Below are positions 1 to 7,730 of a DNA stretch of 14,840 nucleotides, piece by piece. The DNA comes from Thermofilaceae archaeon (GTDB taxonomy: Archaea > Thermoproteota > Thermoprotei > Thermofilales > Thermofilaceae). The position numbers were made by a program, and so were the translations under genes. Location: positions 1 to 14,840 of the forward strand of contig JAVYWK010000037.1 in assembly GCA_038727095.1 (NCBI GenBank). Direction: 5' to 3'. Numbering within the stretch: the stretch's first letter is position 1; every line of letters begins with the position of its first letter. Under the pieces are notes generated by a model, which was given only the letters and a program-made list of their open reading frames with translations, was not told the origin of the DNA and did not search any database.

Positions 1-123
1 GTACAAGCCGACAACGACGCTCAAGTAGGCGTACAACAGCACTAGCGGAATACTGAGCGCCAACGATCGAACCGTAATCCCCGGCAGAAACTCTACAACC
101 TCCTTCCTAACTTCCGTCGCCAT
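1..123 (-). CDS. Partial (5' end) membrane protein, probably OPT-superfamily transporter
   Basis: Not in the ORF track. Read manually from the ATG at 123: MATEVRKEVVEFLPGITVRSLALSIPLVLLYAYLSVVVGLY, open to the window edge. 'PGITVRSL' followed by a hydrophobic helix resembles OPT-family N-termini. GTGAG lies just upstream and a TTTAAG box ~25 nt upstream. Confidence 0.6.
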   Translation of the reverse strand, partial: MATEVRKEVVEFLPGITVRSLALSIPLVLLYAYLSVVVGLY

Positions 124-435
124 CGCTCACGTCAATTACTGCAAATCCTTAAATATTTTTCTACTTAAGCACATTTTAGTAGAAGAATTCTAAATAGTAG
201 GTAAGGATACCTACAGTAAAAACAGTAAAGTAATAGAATCTTTGATAATATTTAAATAGAATTTTTTATGGTCATAATTTTTTAGAAGTACATCGCAAGT
301 TGCCGAGAAATAGTGGGGATACTCACAGTGCATGCTGAGACAGTAAAATTTTATAGAGATTAAATAATGAAATGTTATAGTTAAGTTTATCTACTGGACG
401 AAAGGTAAATTTATGGCAACACGGTAGATTCAGCC
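124..435. promoter_or_regulatory. AT-rich divergent promoter region
   Basis: Much more AT-rich than the flanking genes. Minus-strand TTTAAG at 153-148 with an A-rich BRE-like flank. Plus-strand GAAAGG-TAAATTTAT at 400-414, ~22-30 nt before ATG 436. Contains several inverted and direct repeats. Confidence 0.7.
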
Positions 436-3252
436 ATGAATCGGGTGTGGAGGGATGGTGAGCGGGTTAAAGTGAGGAGGTTCCTTCAGTTAGTTGCACG
501 AGAGCTGGCAGATGAGGCGTTTGCTTTTGCTGGTGTTGATGATGGAGGCGAGTTCGTGAGGGTTGAGTTCTACAAGGGGGGTGGTCTCGCGTGGGCTGTT
601 GAAGCGCGCCTTATTCGCGACGAGAGCGGGAACATTGTTGGGGTTGAGCCGCGGGAGCGCGCTGGAGTCGTTGAAGATCGGTGGAGGTTCGAGGTGTTGA
701 ACTCGCACTACTACAACTCGACGTCAGCGGTGGCTAAGAGGCTCATGGGCTTGGAGGTGCTTTCCCGCCTACCCGAGCGGGAGGTGGAGCGGGCTAGGCG
801 GGTCTTCAATATGTTCTTCAGCGAGTACCCCCTCACGCTGCAACCGTACGGCTTCTTCGACAGGGAAACGGGGGAGTACGTGATCACGAGGCCCGATACT
901 CCGTCACCGTGGATCAACTACATCGGGCAGGGGGGCTACGGCGGCTTCGTTTCAAACACGGGCGGCGGTTATTCCTTCGACAGGGACGCGAGAAGCAGGC
1001 GTGTGACAAGGTACCGCTATAACTCCGTGCCCGACGATCAACCGGGCCACTACATCTACCTTCGAGACGAGGATACCGGCGAGTTCTGGAGCCCAACGTG
1101 GCAGCCCGTGAAGAGGGACCTGGACTGGTACGAGTGCAGGCACGGGCCCGGCTACACAAGGATCAGCAGCCTCTACAAGGGTGTGAGAGCCTCCATCCTG
1201 TACTTCGCGCCACCCAACCCTCCCCACCCAGACTGCCCCGTCGAGCTGCACGTGCTGGAGCTCAGGAACGAGAGCGATAGGCCGAGGAGGCTCAGGGTCT
1301 GGACGTACGAGGAGCTCTGCTACTGGGACGCGACCGCCGACCAGACGAACCTCGACTGGGCGCAGCAGATAGTATTCAGCTACGTGAAGGACGGGATCAT
1401 AGTCGCTGGAGTCCACTTCAGGCCTACGCGGACCTTCTTCGCCAGCAGTGAGCCACCCGACGGCTACGACACGGACAGGGAGACCTTCATCGGGCCTGGA
1501 GGCGATCTCTCGAAACCTCAAGTCGTCGTGGTGGGTTCGCCGGCTTTCAGCCTCGCATCCAGGGGCAACAACATAGCGTCCCTAAGCCACCGCGTGGAGC
1601 TGAAGCCGGGCGAGGCAAAGACGATCGTGTACATCCTCGGCATCACGGATAGACCCGAGCTCATCCCCGAGACCGTCAACTACTATAGGAGCTTGGAGAA
1701 CGTCTGGAGGAGCTTCAAGGACTTGAAAAAGGATTGGAGCCAGTTCCTCGGCAAGCTGCGCGTTGAAACACCCGATGAGGAGCTGAACGCGATGATCAAC
1801 TACTGGAACGCGGTACAGTGCCGAGCGTGCCTCTACTGGTCCCGCTTCGTCTCCTACTACTACACCGGCCTCGCGAGGGGCATCGGAACGAGGGATACGG
1901 CCCAGGACACGCTCGGAGTTGTCCACGCGGAGCCGCAGCAGGTGAGGCGGGTGCTCCGGACCCTCTGGGGGCTACAGTTCAAGGATGGGCGCACCTGGCA
2001 CCTCGTTTTCCCGCTCACCGGAGAGGGGAGCATGGGTCACGCGGTTGAAATGCCCTGGAGGCCGCAGTGGTTCAGCGACGACCACCTCTGGCTCGTCTAC
2101 GCTACATGCAACTACGTGAAGGAGACGGGGGACTTCAGCTTCCTCGAGGAGGTGGTACCCTACCAGGACGACAAGAGCGGGGCCAGCGTGTGGGAACACA
2201 TCCTTAGGGCGATCGATTACACTCTGCGGAAGAGGGGGCCACACGGCCTCCCACTGATCGGTTTCGCGGACTGGGACGACACTTTGAACCTCGACCACGG
2301 CTCAGAGACTGCAGAGAGCGTTTGGACCGGAATGCTACTGTGCACGGTGCTGCTCGAGTTAGCCGAGCTCTGCAGAGCCCGTGGAGATGCCGAGGGGGCG
2401 GAGCGCTTCGAGAAGCTCCACAGGGAGATGGCGGAGGTCATCAACCGGGTCGCGTGGGACGGCGAGTGGTACTTTAGAGCCTTCGACGATAAGGGCAGAC
2501 CCGTCGGCGCAAAGGGGGAAAAGTACCACTGGGTCAGCCTCATAACGCAGGCTTGGGCAGCGATCGCAGAGCTGGACGACCCCGAGAGAGAGAAGATGGC
2601 GCTGTTGAGCGCTGTGAAGCACCTGGGTACACCGCTCGGGCTGAGGTTGATGAGGGATCCGATCAACAGCAAGAAGTCTGGTCCCGACGAGGTCGACTAC
2701 GAGAGCCTCGACCGCTTCGGTGGAACGGCAACCTACCCGCCGGGCCTAAAGGAGAACGGTGGAATCTTCAACCACGCGAACGCGTGGGCCATCATCGCGG
2801 CAGCGAAGCTAGGCTTAGCGGAGGCCGCGTACCGCATCTACAGGCAGACCCTACCCCTCGCGAGGAGGGACTTCGACACCATGAGAGCGGAGCCCTACGT
2901 GTACTCGCAGAACACTGCCGCCCCGGAGCACCCGATGTACGGGTTATCGAGGAACAGCTGGTTGACCGGTACTGCATCCTGGATGTACGTCGCTGTGACC
3001 CAATGGATCCTAGGTGTGAGACCCTGCTACAAGGGGCTGAAGATCGCGCCCTGCATCCCAGAGGACTGGAGCGGCTTTAGGATGACCAGGGTCTTCCGGG
3101 GCGTCACCTACCACATTGACGTCAAGCGGGTGGGGAGGGGGAATAGGGTTAGATCAATCAGGGTCGAGGGGAGAGCGATTGAGGGGGACATCGTTCCATT
3201 ACCCCCCGAGGGGGTTACCAGCGTCAGAGTGGAGGTGGAGCTAGGCGAGTAG
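436..3252 (+). CDS. GH94 glycoside phosphorylase (cellobiose/chitobiose phosphorylase family) with N-terminal extension
   Basis: YGFFD..EYVITRPDTPSPWINY and SNTGGGYSF at the domain start, GxRDTAQD, SDDHLWL, catalytic-loop ADWDD (family DWND), KENGGIFNHANAW, AEPYVYSQ, NSWLTGTASW, PCIPEDWSGF..R.FRG. Substrate cannot be assigned. Confidence 0.93.
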   Translation: MNRVWRDGERVKVRRFLQLVARELADEAFAFAGVDDGGEFVRVEFYKGGGLAWAVEARLIRDESGNIVGVEPRERAGVVEDRWRFEVLNSHYYNSTSAVAKRLMGLEVLSRLPEREVERARRVFNMFFSEYPLTLQPYGFFDRETGEYVITRPDTPSPWINYIGQGGYGGFVSNTGGGYSFDRDARSRRVTRYRYNSVPDDQPGHYIYLRDEDTGEFWSPTWQPVKRDLDWYECRHGPGYTRISSLYKGVRASILYFAPPNPPHPDCPVELHVLELRNESDRPRRLRVWTYEELCYWDATADQTNLDWAQQIVFSYVKDGIIVAGVHFRPTRTFFASSEPPDGYDTDRETFIGPGGDLSKPQVVVVGSPAFSLASRGNNIASLSHRVELKPGEAKTIVYILGITDRPELIPETVNYYRSLENVWRSFKDLKKDWSQFLGKLRVETPDEELNAMINYWNAVQCRACLYWSRFVSYYYTGLARGIGTRDTAQDTLGVVHAEPQQVRRVLRTLWGLQFKDGRTWHLVFPLTGEGSMGHAVEMPWRPQWFSDDHLWLVYATCNYVKETGDFSFLEEVVPYQDDKSGASVWEHILRAIDYTLRKRGPHGLPLIGFADWDDTLNLDHGSETAESVWTGMLLCTVLLELAELCRARGDAEGAERFEKLHREMAEVINRVAWDGEWYFRAFDDKGRPVGAKGEKYHWVSLITQAWAAIAELDDPEREKMALLSAVKHLGTPLGLRLMRDPINSKKSGPDEVDYESLDRFGGTATYPPGLKENGGIFNHANAWAIIAAAKLGLAEAAYRIYRQTLPLARRDFDTMRAEPYVYSQNTAAPEHPMYGLSRNSWLTGTASWMYVAVTQWILGVRPCYKGLKIAPCIPEDWSGFRMTRVFRGVTYHIDVKRVGRGNRVRSIRVEGRAIEGDIVPLPPEGVTSVRVEVELGE

Positions 3253-3352
3253 CAAGAGACGAAGCTCGGACTACGCTGCACTCACGATGGGCGCGAATTA
3301 AAGCCCAAAAATACGCTTGATTCTTTGAGTCTACCCGGTGGGGCTCCTTGAT

Positions 3353-3571
3353 CTACCTGTATCCTACTGTTAGCTGCCTTTTCTCGATTACGTCTCTGTG
3401 TTCTCGGAGGAGGTTGAAGAGAGCTGTCCGTATGGCTTCACTCCGATTGTTAAAGACGCCAATCTCCACCAATCGATCCAAAGCCTCCAACAAAGCCTTC
3501 GGCACATGAAAACTCACAATCTGAGTACGAGGCTCAAAACGGGGCTCAATCTTGTGCCTCTTCTGAGGCAT
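3353..3571 (-). CDS. Ribbon-helix-helix (CopG/NikR-N type) transcriptional regulator
   Basis: IVSFHVPKALLEALDRLVEIGVFNNRSEAIRTAL is a typical RHH pattern. CTTAAAC TATA-like box at 3600-3594 on the minus strand. Confidence 0.88.
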   Translation of the reverse strand: MPQKRHKIEPRFEPRTQIVSFHVPKALLEALDRLVEIGVFNNRSEAIRTALFNLLREHRDVIEKRQLTVGYR

Positions 3572-3716
3572 GAGACATTACTAGGGAAGGAGGGTTTAAG
3601 AGGAGGCTTCCTGCGGTTTTCCTACAACTGTATGATCTATTCAAATAAGAGCGCTCCACTTCTCTCTGCTGCTCGACAACGGTTTACACATTTATTTACC
3701 CACGATAGAGGGGTAG

Positions 3717-4436
3717 ATGAACATGAGCGTTGCAAGGCTTAAGGCTGACTTGAGAGAGGAGACTTGGAGGAGGCTTGATGAACACCGCGTTGTAACGCCC
3801 AGGCCGAGCCGTGGAAGGATCCCTATCTTCTCCGGCTCCAGGGTAGCTGCGATGAAGGTTTCAAGGAGGGACTTCTTCCGGGAGGCCGAGGTCGTCTACG
3901 CGAGCGCGGACCCCTCTCTCCAACCGCTTAGGGAGGAGGTGCTGCGCGCGGGTAAGCTGCTGGTAATGATGGTCCCGATTTTCAGGGGCTTCGCCATCCT
4001 CAACGGGAGGAGCGTGCCGCAACGTGCTGTGCAGGCTGCTGCAACTCCTCGGGGGGCAGTTACGCAAGGTAACAGGGTGAGGGTTCTCGACAACGTGAGC
4101 GTGGATCTCGTAGTCTTCGGCAGCGTGGCTGTCGATAGGCGCGGAGGGCGGCTCGGCAGGGGCGATGGGCAGCACGACCTCGAGTACGCAGTGCTTCGGG
4201 AGCTGGGCGCGATCAATGAGAGCACCCCTGTGGCTACCCTCGTCCACGACCTGCAGCTGGTTGAAAGAGTTCCAATGGAGCTCCACGATGCCCCGGTAGA
4301 CTACATAGCTACGCCGAGCCAACTGATCAGGGCGGAGGGCGGGCTCAAGCGGCCGAGGGGCGTGATCTGGGACCTCATCGACTCGGCAACAGCGGAGCGG
4401 TTCCCCCTGCTGAAGCTGCTCGCCGGCCTCGGGTGA
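3717..4436 (+). CDS. 5-formyltetrahydrofolate cyclo-ligase family protein (archaeal MTHFSD-like, divergent)
   Basis: K..LRE..W, GRIP.F.G, VDLVVFGSVAVD..G.RLG.G.G..DLEY, TLVHDLQLV, HD.PVDYI.TP, P.GV.WD. The start may be ATG 3723. Confidence 0.82.
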   Translation: MNMSVARLKADLREETWRRLDEHRVVTPRPSRGRIPIFSGSRVAAMKVSRRDFFREAEVVYASADPSLQPLREEVLRAGKLLVMMVPIFRGFAILNGRSVPQRAVQAAATPRGAVTQGNRVRVLDNVSVDLVVFGSVAVDRRGGRLGRGDGQHDLEYAVLRELGAINESTPVATLVHDLQLVERVPMELHDAPVDYIATPSQLIRAEGGLKRPRGVIWDLIDSATAERFPLLKLLAGLG

Positions 4437-4440
4437 CGGT

Positions 4441-5430
4441 ATGAGAGCGGCTGTCCTGCGTGGGCCGAGGGACCTGAGGATCGAGGAGGTCGCAGACCCC
4501 CTCCCACCACCCGGCTGGGCACTCATCAGAACAGCGGCCGTCGGCATCTGCGGTACCGACAAGGCCTTCTACACCGGGGCGTACCCTCTGTTCAAGAGGC
4601 CGCTTATCCCCGGTCACGAGGCAGCGGGCTACGTTCTGGAGGGGCCCTCGGATCTGCAAAACAAGCTCGTGGTCCCCGAGATAAACTTCCCCTGCTGGCG
4701 CTGCCCCGCTTGCAAGACTGGGCTTTACACGCACTGCCCCAGCAAGAGGACGCTGGGGATCGATTTCGACGGGGCGCTGGCTGAGCTTTTTGTCGCGCCC
4801 GTCGAGGCGCTCCACAGGGTCGAGAGGCTGGACCCGGTCGTGGCAACCGAAGTTGAGCCGCTCGCCGCCTTAATCAACGCCTTGAGGCAAGCCCCTCCGG
4901 ACCCGAGCGGCAGTGTAGCCGTGATTGGGACGGGGAACCTCGCTCTACTCCTACTCCAGCTGCTGCGCTGGAAGGGCTTTGAGCCAGTCGTGTTTGCGAG
5001 ACCCGATAGTCCGAAGCTCAAGTTCGTCGAACGCTACGCCGGAGAGGTGGTAGCGGTCGGCGAGGCCGGCCGGTACGCTGCCGAGCGGACGAGGAGCGGC
5101 TTAGGCTTTGACGCAGTCTTCGAGGTTTCCGGAGACCCGGATGCGCTCAACCTCGCCATCGAGGTTGTGAGGCCAAGGGGGGTTATCCACCTCAAGTCGA
5201 CCCCGGGCAGCCCGGGCAGGGTGAACGCGACGAGAGCGGTCGTGAAGGAGGCGAGGATTGTTGGCACGCGCTGCGGGAACTTCGAGGACTTCGATGAAGC
5301 GATACGCCTGCTGGAAAAGGGGATAGTGAGGCCGGTTATCACTCACACCGTCGAGGGTTTGGACGGAGCCCTCGAAGCGTTCTCGAAAGCTTTGGATAGG
5401 GATCAGGTAAAAGTCGTTGTTAGAGCCTAA
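4441..5430 (+). CDS. Zn-dependent medium-chain alcohol dehydrogenase (MDR)
   Basis: GICGTD and GHE catalytic Zn ligands, structural Zn motif CxxCxxCx7C, Rossmann VIGTGNLA, LKST and GTRCG motifs. GGGTGA SD overlaps the upstream stop codon. Confidence 0.92.
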   Translation: MRAAVLRGPRDLRIEEVADPLPPPGWALIRTAAVGICGTDKAFYTGAYPLFKRPLIPGHEAAGYVLEGPSDLQNKLVVPEINFPCWRCPACKTGLYTHCPSKRTLGIDFDGALAELFVAPVEALHRVERLDPVVATEVEPLAALINALRQAPPDPSGSVAVIGTGNLALLLLQLLRWKGFEPVVFARPDSPKLKFVERYAGEVVAVGEAGRYAAERTRSGLGFDAVFEVSGDPDALNLAIEVVRPRGVIHLKSTPGSPGRVNATRAVVKEARIVGTRCGNFEDFDEAIRLLEKGIVRPVITHTVEGLDGALEAFSKALDRDQVKVVVRA

Positions 5431-5480
5431 GAGGAACGATAGGGAAATAAGAGCCAAGCGCGTCCTCACAACGGGGGGTT

Positions 5481-6185
5481 GTGCCGCCTGTAATCGTCGT
5501 GACGGGGTCCCGAGGTTCGGGTAAATCCACGCTCATTAAGGCCCTTTTCCCCGAGTTGGATGTCGACTTCTCCGAGGTCAAGCTCTACAGGGTCTACGAG
5601 CTTGCCTCCGGGCTGCAGGTCGCCGAGATCTGCGGCAAACCGGAGGCGCTCAGCGAGCTGGTCCTCTCCAGGCCTTCCTGGCAGCTGTACGCTGGAATCG
5701 TGGTTGTCGATGGGGCGCATCCGCCGCGAGTCGACGGGAGGGCGTTGGCTCTCGTAGCAGGGGCTCCCAGGAGAGCCCTTGTGATGTCGAAGGCAGATGT
5801 GGCTCCGCGGGGGAGGGCCAGAGAGGTGGAGACGTTGGCCCGCCGATTCAAGTTTGAGTTCTTCCCCGTCTCGGCCGTAAAGGGAGAGGGGGTGGAAGAG
5901 CTGAAAGCGTGGCTGCTGGGAATCGAAGCTCCACGAAGAGCTGCCAAAGAGGTAGCTAGCGTAGAACCACCTTTCGACGTGGTCCCCGTACTCGCAACAT
6001 TTGCCGCTACGGGGGTTGAGTTGAGCGAGGAAGAGAAGATCGTTCTGAAGCTCTGCGACGGGAAGAGGGGGGTGGGCGAGATCGCGAGGGAGCTCGGCGT
6101 CCCGTACGGCAGGGCGAAGATGATCGTAGATCGACTTTACTGGAAAAGGTACATAAGAGAGCTCCGGCTTAAGGTGCCCGTATGA
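5481..6185 (+). CDS. Small P-loop GTPase-like domain fused to C-terminal winged HTH
   Basis: G1 GSRGSGKST, G3-position EICG, hydrophobic strand IVVVDG, G4 MSKAD, G5 VSAVKGEGVEEL. C-terminal LSEEEKIVLKLCDGKRGVGEIARELGVP..IVDRL..K.YI wHTH. GTG start. Confidence 0.82.
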   Translation: MPPVIVVTGSRGSGKSTLIKALFPELDVDFSEVKLYRVYELASGLQVAEICGKPEALSELVLSRPSWQLYAGIVVVDGAHPPRVDGRALALVAGAPRRALVMSKADVAPRGRAREVETLARRFKFEFFPVSAVKGEGVEELKAWLLGIEAPRRAAKEVASVEPPFDVVPVLATFAATGVELSEEEKIVLKLCDGKRGVGEIARELGVPYGRAKMIVDRLYWKRYIRELRLKVPV

Positions 6186-6877
6186 GCCGAGAGCTGGCTA
6201 AGCTGGGCTTCAAGCTTCAGAAGGCTTTCGCGCCTTCTGTTCACATTCTCGTCCCTAAGATCCTCTTCACCCTGGTTGTGAAAGAGGTGGTTGAGGGGAA
6301 GGGGGATGAGGTTTCCGCGTGCAAGGAGCTGTTTAGGCAGGGTGTTTGGGCGGGCAGTCTAGCTGTCACGAACTTAGCGTCCCTAGCGTCGCTGATGAAA
6401 TTCTGGCCGGGGAAGGACGACCCTCGCGGAGTTGCAGGCTACGCTGAGATGATCGGCGGAGCCTTTTGGGGGCTATTCGTGGGGCATGGGCCGCGCGTCA
6501 AGACGGAGGTGTTGGACGATAAGGGTTTGGTTTGGGCAGAAGTTACGGAAGCGCCGGGGGCAGACGCTTTCTACAAGGTGATCGCGCCAGCAGGAGTGGA
6601 CACGCTCTTCTTCGTCTCGGGGATGTATGAGGGGGCCTTTCAGACAGTCCTCAACCTCATGGGAGCTACGGGGGGCTGGATTGCCATGTGGAGGCCCCTA
6701 AGCAGCAGGGGGGTTTGCGGCTTCCTCGGTAAACTCGACTTGCTGCCTTCAGAGGCCGCTAAGCTGATCGAAGCCAAATGCCCGAGCTTCTTCCGCATCA
6801 TCGACTGGGATCAGAGCGTAGCCTTCGCCAACGAACTGCTCGGTGTCGAAGCCAAACGGGAGCGCTCATCTATGTGA
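6182..6877 (+). CDS. Hypothetical protein, putative Bet3/TRAPP-V4R-like fold
   Basis: ATGA overlap with the GTPase stop and coding-like codon usage. Ordered pattern LFTLVV...ELFRQGVWAG...AEMIGGAFWGLFVG.GP...FFVSGMYEGAFQTV. The fold call is inference. Confidence 0.6.
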   Translation: MSRELAKLGFKLQKAFAPSVHILVPKILFTLVVKEVVEGKGDEVSACKELFRQGVWAGSLAVTNLASLASLMKFWPGKDDPRGVAGYAEMIGGAFWGLFVGHGPRVKTEVLDDKGLVWAEVTEAPGADAFYKVIAPAGVDTLFFVSGMYEGAFQTVLNLMGATGGWIAMWRPLSSRGVCGFLGKLDLLPSEAAKLIEAKCPSFFRIIDWDQSVAFANELLGVEAKRERSSM

Positions 6878-6951
6878 AGCCCGGGGCACACCGCTTATTC
6901 GGTAAAATCTTTTCGCAGTGTTCGAGATTCGGAAAGCTGTAGCGGCGGTTT

Positions 6952-7701
6952 TCAGCGGAGGAAGACGCTCTCTCCGCCGTAAACGTAGACGCCGGAAGCT
7001 GCGAAGATGAAGGAGAGCGTGTAGAGTGCTATCGGGAGGGGTGCGTAGACCGTTGGTGCAAGCAGCGATACAAGAGGGACTGCCGTCGTAAAGGAGGCTG
7101 ATCCCGCCGCCATCAGCGTCAATCCCCACGAGTACCGCTTCCTCCGGATTGGCAAGAGGGCTAGGAGAGAGAGCATTAAGAGGACTGAGGAAGCGAGCGT
7201 CCCCGCGATCCTCACGAGGGGTGCTGCGAACCAGGCGGCGATGAGAGCCAACGCGGCTGCGTACGCCAACGGCAGGCCGACGGCGACTAGCGCTTCACTG
7301 TGCTTTAGGCCGGCCAGCCTGCGGACTGTGGCCCCGAGCTCCCACAGTGCGACCATGATGAGTAGCGCGGAAGAGTACCAGAGCCACTTGCTGAGCTCTA
7401 AAGGACCCAGCTGAAGGTGGACATTCGCAGCGTCGAGAGCCCACCCGGCTGAAGCGAGCAGGAATCCTGGAACAGCGTAGAGCAGAGCTAAACCGGCTAG
7501 CGGGTCCAGTAGAAAGCCCCTCGCGATAAGGACGTGGGCGTTCACGAGCGCCGCCGACAGCGCGGCCACAGAAGCCGCAGCGCTCAAAACCATGGAAGCA
7601 AATTCGGGCTCCGCGCCGGAGATGGAGAAGAGTAGCACGATGAGAGCTAGAACCAGCGTGGAGATTATCGATACGACTGGAAATCCTCTTTCCCGCTCCA
7701 C
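6952..7701 (-). CDS. Integral membrane protein, ~8 TM helices, function unknown
   Basis: Eight hydrophobic segments with short loops and a basic cluster (RRKR). GTG start with TTATAA at 7725-7730, ~24 nt upstream (leaderless). Confidence 0.82.
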   Translation of the reverse strand: MERERGFPVVSIISTLVLALIVLLFSISGAEPEFASMVLSAAASVAALSAALVNAHVLIARGFLLDPLAGLALLYAVPGFLLASAGWALDAANVHLQLGPLELSKWLWYSSALLIMVALWELGATVRRLAGLKHSEALVAVGLPLAYAAALALIAAWFAAPLVRIAGTLASSVLLMLSLLALLPIRRKRYSWGLTLMAAGSASFTTAVPLVSLLAPTVYAPLPIALYTLSFIFAASGVYVYGGESVFLR

Positions 7702-7724
7702 ATACTAGCCTACTCAAGGATGCG

Positions 7725-7730
7725 TTATAA
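7725..7730 (-). promoter_or_regulatory. TATA box of membrane-protein gene
   Basis: TTATAA at canonical spacing from GTG 7701. Confidence 0.6.

Noticed and set aside
490-3080. Many alternative-frame and antisense ORFs inside the GH94 gene (e.g. 952-1521, 2217-2672, 2553-3080)
   Set aside because: Shadow ORFs typical of GC-rich coding DNA. They have no motifs and fully overlap a well-supported gene.
3288-3311. TGGGC/GCCCA hairpin plus A-run between convergent GH94 and RHH genes as a terminator
   Set aside because: Only a 5-bp stem and a T5 tract on the minus strand. Too weak to call.
3398-5947. ORFs overlapping the RHH, cyclo-ligase, MDR and GTPase genes (e.g. 3398-3742, 3861-4562, 4375-4815)
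   Set aside because: Antisense or frame shadows with Ser/Pro/Arg-rich composition.
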